Below, in pieces: positions 30,263-45,202 of a stretch of DNA of 64,000 bases (within the stretch, counting starts at the first letter, position 1; each line of letters opens with the position of its first letter). The position numbers and the translations under genes are program-made. Below the pieces are notes generated by a model, which was not told the origin of the DNA, did no database searches, and saw only the letters and a list, made by a program, of their open reading frames with translations. This DNA comes from the human T2T-CHM13v2.0 reference genome, Homo sapiens: NCBI RefSeq assembly GCF_009914755.1, contig NC_060931.1; one strand, written 5' to 3'.

Positions 30263-31685
30263 ATCACTGATTCTTATTCTGATTTCACATTCAGAATTCA
30301 GGAATGTCCATTAACCTCACTGAAAATGTCCACAACATAACTATGCGAGAGCTTTTGTAAATGTGTGAGTCTGCATATATGTTAATATGTGTGAGTCTGA
30401 ATATATGCAAATGTGAGTATGTGTGTATGTGTATGTTTGGTGTGTGAATACATAGATGTCGATTAGAGTATGGGATCATTCATATTCACCTATAATTATT
30501 TATTTTCTGTGGAAAAAGGCTACATTTTCAAACATTTTAAAGATCCAAGGCTCTGAAAACATTAGTTAAATCATGCAAATATCCCTGAATTCTAAAGCTC
30601 TAGAATTGTCTGAAAAGCTTTTCTCTTAACACATTCCCTTTCTCATATAAAGCAAATCTAATAGATTTTAAATAACTTTAAAGTAATATTCTGGGACCCT
30701 TTTTATTTCAATAGGAGATGTGGGAGAGGGAGGCTGATACAGCTTAATACTACCATTTCTTTTGATAATTCTAGAACCATGCCATGACATATAAAGAATT
30801 TAAGGTCAACTTATTTAACAAAGTACTTCCTCTCCCACTAATTTTAACTGCTAATTTTAACCTCCTATCATCAAACCACTTGATGTTCAACTACCGATGG
30901 AAAAACTAATCTCTGCCCATCTGGATGCACTCTATTATTTCCATATATATGTTGGCTCCAAAAGTATAAAAATAGTGCAACCATAGCTTTACCTTCTGAA
31001 TAGAACAAAACCTTTTTTTTTTTCTTTTTGATCACTTGGGCTAAGACAGAGACACAAATAAATGCTAGTGCTTATTTCTGGCTTTTAGCCAAAGTTTCTG
31101 TTTAAGGTAGTTTAGAGTAGGTCATCACTGGCAGGCATTTTTGGCTGAGATTGTTTCTGAAAGAATAAAGTTAAATTAGCAATGGTCTAAAATTTATTTC
31201 TGAGCTCTTGTAATGGTTTAATTCTCATTTCTATGTATTATTAGTTAATCATTAATAATTGTAAGTAATACATTATGATTTTGCTCATCTGTAAATATAG
31301 TTGGAAATACCAAATTAATATTTGGAAGCAATATAATAATAGCTATTGATAAGGCATAAAAGTCTACCTTGGTAAACAGTCTGACAGTCAAAAATGAGTT
31401 CTAAAATACAATTTGAATATTATCTTTTTGAAAAAAAAAACAATGAAACTAAGGTATTCTTAGAATGATAGATTTTCAGGATTATATTTTAAATTCTTCC
31501 AATAACCAAACCATACTGTTTATACATAAGAAATCATAAACATATTATTTCCTTCAAATTAAATAGAATAGAACTAAATCTGGAAATCTAGCTCATCAGA
31601 TTTTACCCATTGGTACCTCTAGAGTACTTTCAGTTAGGTTATTTAGATATTTTTTAAAATTTATTTTGTTCTTCTCATTTAGTTA

Positions 31686-33040
31686 TGCCACAGGACCTTT
31701 AGGGTGTTGCTTCACCAGCCAGATACCTCTGCGGTGGGTGACACCTTTGCCTGAGTTTTGCTTGGGCCTGCTATACTTCTCCCACCCACTTGGCCTGACA
31801 GGCTGCACTCAGCTGTCACTACCAGCCCAGATCCCATGATCGCCAAGGGGAAGCAAGGCACAGAACAGTGAGGGGTACATGAGTGAGTGAACGCAGGCTC
31901 AGGTCACTGCGCACAGCCAGGCACACTGCCTGTGGTGGGGCAGTCAGCTCCAGGCACTGGCACAAGTACCAGTTCCCTGCTGCAGCTGGATCAGGCCAAC
32001 CACAAGCAGCTTCCACTGTAGGCACTGGGGAACATGGTGGCGGCCAGAAGCTTGTAGATACCAGGAACTGCAGAGCCCCAAAGAGGGTGTCACAGCCCTG
32101 GCTCAGGGAGCTCCTAGGTCTGCACTCCACAGAGGGCCACAGCTATTCTTTCTTTCTCATTCCCCACAACATGGTGAGGAGGGGATATGTTTCAGCCCTG
32201 TTGTGTTATATATTTTTCAGTCTCAGCATTTGGCAGGTCCCAACTTCTTGTCCCACAACCAGGAAGAATGAGGTATGTGAACAACTAGAGGGTGAGCAAG
32301 GTGAAGAGGTACTTTATTGAGCAACAGTACATCTCTGAGGAGACGTGAAGTGGCTAGTTCCTATCCACAGTCAGGTCATTGCAATAAGTATAGAGTTCTC
32401 AGCAGAGTGGAGACCCACAGTGGGTAGCTCCTCTCCACAAGAAGGTCATCCCATTGAGTCTGCAGCCTGCAGCCCTCAGCAGATAGGAGACCCAGAATGG
32501 GTACCTCCTATCCACAGGCAGGTCATCCTGACATTTCTGCAACCCTCAGCAGAGAGGAGACCTGGAGTGTGTAGCTCTTTTCCGCAAGCAGGTTGCTGCA
32601 ATGAGTGTACAGCTCTCAGCAGCGAGGAGACCCACAGTGGGTAGATCCTCTTCATAGGCATGCTGTCCTATTATCTGCCCGAGTCTGAGTCTGGGGTTTT
32701 TATGGGCTTCAGAGTGGAGGAAGTGCATGCTGACTGGCCCACGGGCAGCCATAGGAGAGTCCAAAAAAGGCACAATAAATTCTCACTCTTATCCACAAAA
32801 CTGGCAGACTGGCACCCAGACTTCAGACTGTTATTTGGTTGAAGGTGGAGTATCAGCAGAGACCTGCCCCTTTCCTCCTAGAAGCCTGTCTGCCTCCTGC
32901 TGCCATTCCTGGCACCTAGGCTGCCCATGCCAAAGGGTACCAGCAGGCCCGTGTGAGCCACCCTCAGTCCCCCCTCAGCCTCCTTCTTGTGCTCAATTGC
33001 ATTCAAAGTCTGGAGGGGGCTGAGGCAGCAGGGGCTGCCT
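31686..33040 (-). mobile_element. MER52 3' LTR (5' part deleted)
   Basis: Homologous to 37694-38940; contains five ~70-bp internal repeats. Confidence 0.82.
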
Positions 33041-33424
33041 CCATCCATGAAGTAGGAGGACCTAATTGGTAGGAATGAGTCATGCTCACCTGTACTGCAC
33101 CCCTAGACTACCATAGTTATCGGTCTCTGGATTCCTCAGATGTAGATTACCTTTCTAGGGCCTCAAATCAAAGATTGGGATTGCCTCAGGAGGGTGTAGG
33201 GACTCAGTAATTAAGTCCCAGATGGCCCTCACCAAATTGCAGAGAGCAACCAGTGGGGCAGCCCCTCTGTTGCTTCCCTATGATAAGCAGGTAAAACTGT
33301 GGGAGCCAGTCTTCTTCAAACAAGGGAGAGAAAGGGAGTGCAGGGAATTGGGGACCTGGACTATAAATATGCCTCTCAAAAGGAAAAACAAATTAGTCTC
33401 TCACATAGAAAAATTCCCTGTATT

Positions 33425-36293
<2,869 letters not shown>

Positions 36294-36625
36294 AGAAAAA
36301 TTCCCTGTATTTGCAGGATAATATTAACTCCTGACATGATGAAGAAAAGAGAAGAAAACAAATTACGTGCAAGGAAGCGGAAGGTGCCTGGGGGAAACAG
36401 CTTCTTGCCCTATGCAAATGGGTTCTTCAATGGGAGAAATAAAACTCAATTATTACATGTTCATACTCCTACGAATTGGTAGATACCACAGTGTTCTCAT
36501 TTATAATATACATTCCTGTTGACTAAGACAAATTCAAAATGCTCATTCTACTCAGGAATATTTATGTGGTTTGCAGCAGGACCCATAACATTGCATATAA
36601 AGAAGAGATAGGAGCCATGACCACC

Positions 36626-36957
36626 AAGAAAGGGAAGGGAAGGGAAGGGGAGGGGAGGGGAGGGGAAGGGAGGGGAAGGGTGGGGAAGGGTGGGGAAGGG
36701 TGGGGAAGGGAGGGGAAGAAGGGAAGGGAAGGGAGGGGAGGGGAAGGGAGGGGAAGGGAGGGGAAGGAAGGGGAAGGGAGGGGAAGGGAGGGGAAGGTAA
36801 GGGAAGGGAAGGGAGGGGAGGGGAGGGGAGGGGAGGGAAAGGAAGGGAAGGGGAGATGGAGGGAGGGAAAGAAAGGAAAAGAAAAGAAAAAAGAGAAAGA
36901 GGAAGAGGAACAGAAAGAGAAAGGAAAGGAAAGGAAAAAAAAGAAAAGAAGGAAGGA
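36626..36957. repeat. Polypurine (GGGAA/GGGAG)n to (GAAA)n low-complexity tract
   Basis: About 330 bp almost entirely purine on the plus strand, with dozens of GGG runs. Confidence 0.92.
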
Positions 36958-37298
36958 CTAGGGGTTCTAGTGCCAACACTCTAACAAGTGGTTGGGGATT
37001 AAAGTTAGTTCAGGGGCCTTTGGATAACACTGAGGTGTAGCCTCAACAAGCTACCCTCAGTTGCCCCAGGACCTCCTTTGGATTCCATGCGATGTCTAGA
37101 CCTCTGTGAAGGGAAATTGGATTGGAACAAAGCCAACATTCCTAACACTGGAAGGTGATTGGGGATTAACGGTTGCTTCTCGAGCAAGCCTGTCCTACAT
37201 GTCTTAAGTCCCAAAGCTGCACTAGTCACTTTTCACTGGCTAACAGTGCTTCAGTGTTTTTCTTTCATTTTGGCTGTTGTGGAGTTTAGAGACTCTGA

Positions 37299-37641
<343 letters not shown>

Positions 37642-37671
37642 GCAAGTCCGTTTTTATTCAACCTTCTACAG

Positions 37672-37690
37672 ATCCCAGAAAAGCCCCCCA
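37672..37690 (-). promoter_or_regulatory. Degenerate tRNA-Pro primer binding site
   Basis: Minus strand TGGGGGGCTTTTCTGGGAT, 3 nt after the LTR end, versus PBS-Pro TGGGGGCTCGTCCGGGAT. Confidence 0.7.
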
Positions 37691-37693
37691 AAA

Positions 37694-39332
37694 TGTCACG
37701 GGATCCTTAAGGTGTCACTCCCTCAGCCAGAAAACTCTGTGGCTGGTGGCACCTTTGCCTGAGTTTTGTTTGAGCCCATGGGGCTCATTCTGTTCACTTG
37801 GCCAGGTAGGGTGTACTCGGCTTTTGCTACCAGCCTGGATCCCATGCATGCCAAGGCATGGAGTGTTGAGGAGACTGTGAGCGAGTGAGCATGCAATCTG
37901 GCCACTGTGTACAACCAGGCATGCCAGCTTCAGTAGGGTGGGCAGCTATAGGGACTGGCATAGCCACTGGCTTCCTGCTGCAATGGAACCAGGCATACCA
38001 CAAGCAGCTTCCACTGTGGGCACTGGGGAACATGGTGGCACCCAGAATCTTGGAGACACCAGAAACTGCAGAGCTCCAAAGAGGTTGTCACATCTCTGGC
38101 TTAGGGAGCTCCTAGGTCTGGGATCCCTGAAGGGCCACAGCTCTTCTCTTCTCTCCTTCTCATCCACAATGTGGTGAGGAGGGGGCATGTTTCAGCTCTA
38201 TTTTTATTGCGGCTCTTTCAGTCCTGCCGATCCGAGTTCTTGTCTTGTATCCAGGAAAAATGAGGTACACAGACAACTGGAGCAAGGCAAACAGGTCCTT
38301 TACTGAGTGACAGTTCAGCTCTCAGGAAACCTGGAGCGGGTAGCTTCTATCCACAGGCAGTTCATCTTGATGTGTGTACAGATCTCAGTGGAGAGGAGAC
38401 ACACAATGGGTACCTCTTCTCTGCAGGCAGGTTGTCCAAACGTCTCTGCAGCCCTCAGTGGAGAGGATTCCTGGAGCAGGTAGCTCCTACCCGCAGGGAG
38501 GTCATCCTGATGAGAGTACAGCTCTCAGCAGAGAGGAGACCCACAGCAGGTAGGTCCTATCCACAGTCAGGTCCTCCCATCATCTGCTCAAGTCTGGCTG
38601 AACCCAGGGTTTTTGTGGGGTTCAGAAGGGAAGAAGTACCTGCTGATTGGTCCATGAGCAGCCATAGACTGGCCTGGAAAAAGCACCATAAGTTCTCACT
38701 CTGGTCCTTGGAAGTGGCAGCCTGGCCCCCAGGCTTCAGACCATCTCTGGCTTGAAGGTAGGGTATCACCAGGGACCTGTTTCTTTCCACTCAGGAGCCT
38801 GTGTGTCTCCTGCCACTGTTCATGGTTCCCAGGCTCTTCGTGCCAAGGCGTGTCCATGCCAAGCCACCCTCAGACCCCCTCAGCCTCCTTCCTGTGCTGA
38901 TCAGCACCCAAAGTCTGGAGGGGGCCAAGGTGGCAAGAGGCTGGCATGTCAGCACCACCCTGAGCATGTGCACACCCAGCCGGGTCGTGACAGTGCCTGG
39001 GCTTGGCCACAACTTTACTCTGAAATCAGAGTGGGCATGAGAAGCAGGAAGAGGCCAGGCAGGAGGAGCAAGCACTTCTAAGCCTGCAGGGGCACTGGGG
39101 CTTCCCAGGTCCCTAAGAGCACAGGGGTGCCTGGGTTCCTGGCTGCCACTGGATGGCTGCAGCTGTGCCTGAGAGCGCTGGGCTCTTGTCCCACCAACTT
39201 GGAAGGGGTGGGTGGGGGGCTTCCACAAGTTACCTGCACTGTGGAACCAGCAGCCCTGGCCGCGCCTCCCCCACTGCAGCCAGTCTCTTTGCAGCAGTGG
39301 CAACAGACCCAGACCGGCCGCTTCTGTCATCA
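37694..39332 (-). mobile_element. MER52 5' LTR, full length
   Basis: Minus strand begins TGATGACAG and ends GGATCCCGTGACA; four ~70-bp internal repeats. Confidence 0.85.
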
Positions 39333-39896
39333 GTTATGCATTTCAATCGCTGAATGTAACTAGCCAATGTAAAGAAATCATAAATAATTATCAGCTGGAG
39401 ATAATGCTATAGTTTTGTTTTAAAGGAAAAATTTCAAACATTTACTTCTTTTTGTTTGAATCTGGGTTTTATAAATTTGCAAAATGTGCAAAAATCTAAG
39501 GCTTACATGTACAGAATTTCATGCACAATGATTGTTAAATGCTGAGACACCTATTACATTGAAAATAAACAGTAGAAATAAAATCTGGCAGCTTTAAATG
39601 TCCCAGTTGCATCAACACCAACACCATTTATTTATAATATTTTATGGAAAGACAAACAAGTCCCACTCAGAGGGCTCAGAACATCATTAGTCACAGGGCA
39701 GTCCACGACTAAAAATAAAGATTCCTATCAAAACTGTATACTACTTTAGTGCCTTTTAAATATTAAAATGAAGAGGGGCATGAATTGTAACTAAATTTTC
39801 TATAAATAATATACAAAAGTCTATATGTTAAACATCTGTTTAGATTTCTATTGTAAAGATAAAGCATTTTCCCTTTATTAAAACTATTTACATATA

Positions 39897-39898
<2 letters not shown>

Positions 39899-39948
<50 letters not shown>
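39899..39948. repeat. (AT)25 microsatellite
   Basis: Pure AT run. Confidence 0.95.
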
Positions 39949-39950
<2 letters not shown>

Positions 39951-40340
39951 AATGCCATATATATATCTGGCATTTGAACCAGACATCAAATACATTTTTC
40001 CTTTCTGGAGATATCTTTGGTTGATATAACCTACTGAAGATGATCTGATCATTAGCATTAAATTTGAATCACAAGCTTATTATATTTATATTTTCCCTTA
40101 ATTCCTCATGCACTTTATAAGTTTTGGAAAGTGAGGATGGTCATGGCCAACTGGAGGAAAATATTAAAGAAAAGTGTCTGTTACTATTTAGATACATTTG
40201 AAAACCTGTCCTCTCAGTCAATATTTCAGGAATTCAGATTAAGAGATATTAAAAGGAAGGAGGTCTACCAAATAAAGAGTGAAATACTTGAAAGGGTTGT
40301 AATAAATGAAAGTGTGTAACTTAACCACAAACCTCCATTG

Positions 40341-40570
40341 TTCATTCATTCATCTGTTCATTAATTCATTTGACTAATGCTTATTTATTACCTACAGAAT
40401 TTTATAATCTATTCTAGGAAGTGAAAATAAGTGAATGAAAGAGACAAAAGTCTCTAATATTATACAAAGCTTATATTATATTGAAATAAGTCAAATCAAG
40501 AGTAATAAAATTCATGAATAATATTCAAATGATCATGAGTGTTCTGGGGAAAACTATAAAGCAGAGAAGG
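40341..40570 (-). mobile_element. L2 3' fragment
   Basis: TTCATTCATTCAT tail followed by L2-like TTATTTATTACCTAC...GAGACAAAAGTCTCT. Confidence 0.6.
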
Positions 40571-40983
40571 AAGATAGGTTGTATGTATTAGGAGGGCCCA
40601 GGGGAGACAGAGAGGAGTCATATATGTATTAAAGCAAAGGCAATGAGGAATGGTGTGGGAATTCTGGTTTCTTTGTGATGACCTACAGAAATAGGGTAGA
40701 GAATTGTAATAATACTAGGCCTGGTGGCCTCAAAGCTGATAACACCAGTAATCTTCAAGACATAAGGAAAACCCTTGGTAAACATTTGCCTCTCTTTTAT
40801 CTCTCATCTTGTCCCAGTGACTTGAGGGAACTCTTTTTTTTTTTTTTTCCTTCCCTTCAACTCTGCTTTAGTAGAATTCTTATCTCAGTTCTTGGTTAGC
40901 ACAGGTCCTATCATAGTACTTACTTATTAGGTATCACACTTATAGTTCTTGACATTTTATATGTCACATACTGCTGTAAAGCC

Positions 40984-41382
40984 TGTAGAAAGGTCTGCTT
41001 TTTTATTCTACTAGTAAGCTAACAATTTAGCCTACCAAAATTTTATAGATACTAGCAGGAGACAGGGACTCCTGGGTCAGAGACGAAGGAGCACAGCACA
41101 GCAGGCAATAAGATGTGATTAGGATTGGTTAGGAAATCATCAACTTTATAAGAGGCATGCTGTAAGACCTGCCCTATCTTTCCCCTTGAAGGAGACATTA
41201 TCTTTATTTACCTGGTAAAGAAATTAATCTACCCTCTGCACTGGAAGGAAACACTATTTCTCTTTTCAAAGGCTGTTTGCTATACAAAAATCCTTGAAAA
41301 ACTAGTTCAGAACAAAGCTGTCAATGGCACTTTACAAGATGTGTACAATCACCAGAATCTCATGGAGAACTGTCTCCCAATG
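40984..41382 (-). mobile_element. Old ERVL-type solo LTR (LTR40-like)
   Basis: GACTCCTGGGTCAGAGAC, CAAAGGCTGTTTGCTATACAAA and CATGGAGAACTGTCTCCCAA motifs. Confidence 0.6.
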
Positions 41383-43879
41383 GCTACATGATTGCTCACT
41401 CAACAATCTTATACAAATTACCAAAATTTTCATGCTTACCATTGAGATTTGCAATTCTGAGTCTCTTCTCTCCTGGTCAAACTGTGTTGACTCCTGAATC
41501 CAATTTCCTAATTCTATGGTTTGTCCAAATCCAGTCTCCTATATATCATATTCATATTATAAAATTTAATTAAAATTATATTAATATAACAGATAATCTG
41601 AATCTTATAGAAATTATGAAGTAGCCAAAATTTTTATTTCAATATCCTCAAATTTTCCTACTATATATTTTTTTCTTTACATCTTGATAATATTTGTTTT
41701 ATTATTGGCTTTCTTGCCTTAAGGAAAATAATGTAAAAACAATTTATTCTAGTGTTAATAAAATAATAGACTGATTTAATTACCCCTTCAAGAGCATTTC
41801 CACTTTAACAAGTGTACAGTCATAACCAAAGTAATTGTTATTATTTGTACAAGTAATAAGGGTTAATTGAAAAGCTCTGTTGAGGCAGAATAAGCCTTTT
41901 GTGTCTCTATCTAATTCAGAAAAAGATTCCATTTGGTGTGTGGCCTCAGGTGCATGAAGCAGACCCAAGAGACCAGGACCTGTTTTATCGTGAGCAGCTC
42001 TGCTTTTATCTATGTTATATATTGGACCAGCACCAGAAATCTCACTGAATTAAAAGCTTTGTAGCTAAAGATAGAAAAAAACCGTCATCAACAAAACAAA
42101 TCTGAAGGTCACTGGTCTAATTTATTTATGACTTGGAACTCACTATACCTTGAGTTCTTTCATTTTTACTCCCGTCATTTGTTTAAACATTATTAATTAA
42201 GGTGGCATCATTTGGTACAGATTTTCTATCTACGATTTATCTTAACCAAGGAGCTATTTTCTAAGCTGAACTTGCCTTGGTAAAATCTGGGAAAATATTA
42301 GTTCATGGTGATTAATGATTCTATATTCTAGACAATAAATGCTGTTGTTTACATAGAGTATATAAATATATTTTAGGATATTCAGATTACCTGAGGAAAA
42401 TATTTCTTTCAACTTGCTTAAGGGGCATTTACTTCTAATTTCTATATAATTAGAAAAGATGCATTTTCTATTTGTTGCCACAAGATGTAGTGTCTGTGAG
42501 TGCTTAAAACTTCTGACAATCTAAGAGTGTGACTTTTGATTTGTAGAATAGTGTCAAGTATCATGGGCATTATTGGTGGGGATTTGCATTATGATTTTCC
42601 AGAAAAAAAATGGTTCTTGTTTCTATGACTGTATTCCCAGAATACCCAATTACTTCAGCTCAACAAGAAATACCAAACTCTTCTTTCGATCTTAGTGACT
42701 CAATCATTAAAACTGCATGACAGAAATTTTCTTATAATATGCAATAGGGAATTAATATTCCTCAGAATCAAAATATTGCTTGTCTTTTCTTTAGGGTTTT
42801 ATTTTTCTTTTCAAAAAAAGCATTAAAAACAGGTATTTTTCCCAAGCAATTATGTTATTAAAATTCAAAGCTAATTTAATTTGATTACTATTCTTAAGGA
42901 AAAGAAACTTTAAAAAATTATTAAAGCTTTGTCAATGTTTTTGATTTTCACAGAAATTTAAATATTCACAGTCTACAGAAAATTCTCCCCAGTCGGCCTT
43001 GCGGCACTGTCCCTCACCTTGAGGGCATGTTTGGCTTTAGTCTGCATGATCATTTGCTAAACACATTGTGGTGATCTGTCTACCTTGGTTGACAGCCTTG
43101 AGTCCTGTCTAAGGCTAGGCTGCATTCCTCCAGGAGTTTCAGAAATAAATCACTGACACTTCTACTGCCTATAAAACCTAGGAAATCAATATGCTTCTCT
43201 CTATATGTGGGCTTCCAGGAAGATTTCTTATAAAAATTATCAAATAAGTACTGCTTGATAACTGAACTAGATCTAATATCAAGCCTGTAAAGCTGCCATT
43301 CTGGAACATACTGTAAAGTAAATGCTAATGTAAATTTAATCTGTACATTTAAAAAACACCATATGGTCTTCATAGAAATTCCCTTTTAGTAAGGCCTCTA
43401 TGCCCTAAAAAGTATATAACCTTCTAACTTTTGTATCATAAGTTTTCAGACACTTATTCTGTATATGTGTAAGATTTCTCTTCAAAAATTTTAGCAACTG
43501 TTTGCGTATTTGTTTATTTGCTTATATTTTGTCTTTATTTCATCTTTATTATATGGTTCTGAAATAATCTGTTTTGTGATTCCTTAATCTTCAATAAAAA
43601 TATAAATTTCAGAAATTTATATATTTGTATATATCTATAGTTTGAAAATTTACGAGTATAAATTTTATTTATAAAACTATGTTAATTTTTCAAGTGAATT
43701 TTTTCTAGTTTACGTTTATCAATTTATGAATTTTCTGAAGATGGGACCATTTAACCATTCTTTTAATAGCGATTACACTTGATTACATTTTTTTCTGGCT
43801 TATTAATTTGTGTTTTGTATCTATTTTTAAAAATTTGAGCTGAAAACTAATGAATTTTAAAACTTGTGAAATGCAGCTA

Positions 43880-44700
43880 TGCTTAAAAGAAAACATAAAT
43901 TTAAGCTTGTGTATTAGAAGAAAGTACATGCTGAAAATACAGAAATTATCTAACTCTAAGAAAGAAACTAAATAAAAATGTGAAATAAAAAATTAAAGAA
44001 ATAGATAACAACTAATGATATTGAAAAATATACAAACAATGGACAAGATCAATTAAACAGTTGATTCTTTAAAATTACTAACAAAACTGATGAGGAAAAT
44101 AAAACTACTAAAAAGATTAAAAGTATCAAGAACTTTAAAAGGTGTAATTGCTGTTTATAGTCTGTATTACTATAAAAATTTTAAAAAGGTATAAATTTAT
44201 GCCATAACTATAAAAATATACCATGTAAATATTTCTAGAAAAAAATGCATTTTACTGAAACTAACTCAAGAAGATTTGAAATCTCATATTATTATAACTA
44301 TTAAAAAGTGTAGTGCATAATATCAAACCTTCTCACAAAGGAACTATTGAATCAGGTGGCATTACTAGTGAATAAATAATGTTAATCCTACAAATACTAC
44401 TACAGAAAATAAAGCTTTGACAAGACCAGCATAAACTTGTTATCTAAACACAATTCAATTTATACAAGTGTAAATACTCCTAAAGTTACATTGTAGATTC
44501 AATGTAATCATAATGATTCAAAGTTTTTTGCGTTTTTATGTGCAACTTGACAAATGATTTAAATTTATATGAAATTTCAAAGGCCAAGAGTAGAGATTTT
44601 TAAAATATGAGAATAATGAGGGAAATGTGCTTTACTGACAAATTGAATTTAAATAAAGTAGGTGAACAATAAAAGCAAACAAGACTGCAGAATATTGACT
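43880..44700 (+). mobile_element. Ancient L1M ORF2 fragments
   Basis: A-rich degenerate L1 motifs (AAACTAACTCAAGAAGA, TAGATTCAATGTAATC). Confidence 0.55.
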
Positions 44701-44711
44701 TATCCTTTCTC

Positions 44712-45180
44712 ATAGAAGAATAGAGAAAATATTTTTCACACTCTGAATGATAATTTTACAAATCAAGTCATTCTTGTCATACTCAATTAATCAGAATCGA
44801 AAGTCAGTTGGGGCATATAGCACTGCTCCAAGAACTGAATTCTCTGCCAGCTGCAGAAACAGTCTGCTGCAACCTTAAGACCAGTTTTACCTAGTAGCGG
44901 GTTAAACCACCTGCCATGACTCTAAAATTAGTATCACCTATCACCGTCACTCACCAATCAGAGTTTACTGACTCCAAAAAGATTCGTTAGTGCCCATGAG
45001 CTTTCTTTCAAAACCATATGCAATATTTATCTTCCTAATAAAACCCTAACTTTTTCTTTGCTCTTCAGACATATCAAAGACCACCAGATCTACGTGTATG
45101 CTCTGAATTGCAATTTTTGCTTCTCCAAATAAAATGTTAAATTTAGACATTAATCCCTACAATGTATGTTGAGTTTGACA
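44712..45180 (+). mobile_element. Solo LTR, LTR47-like
   Basis: CCGTCACTCACCAATCAGAG CCAAT box, AATAAA, ends TTTGACA. Confidence 0.55.
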
Positions 45181-45202
45181 ATACTATTTCTACATACTTA
45201 AA

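Noticed and set aside
32340-32660. Regular ~70-bp repeats resembling a CRISPR-like array (also 38325-38580 and 55690-55940)
   Set aside because: Degenerate tandem units intrinsic to MER52 LTRs, with no unique spacers, in a eukaryotic context.
36539-36984. 140-143 aa G/E/K/R-rich and P/F/S-rich ORFs
   Set aside because: Artefacts of the stop-free polypurine tract.
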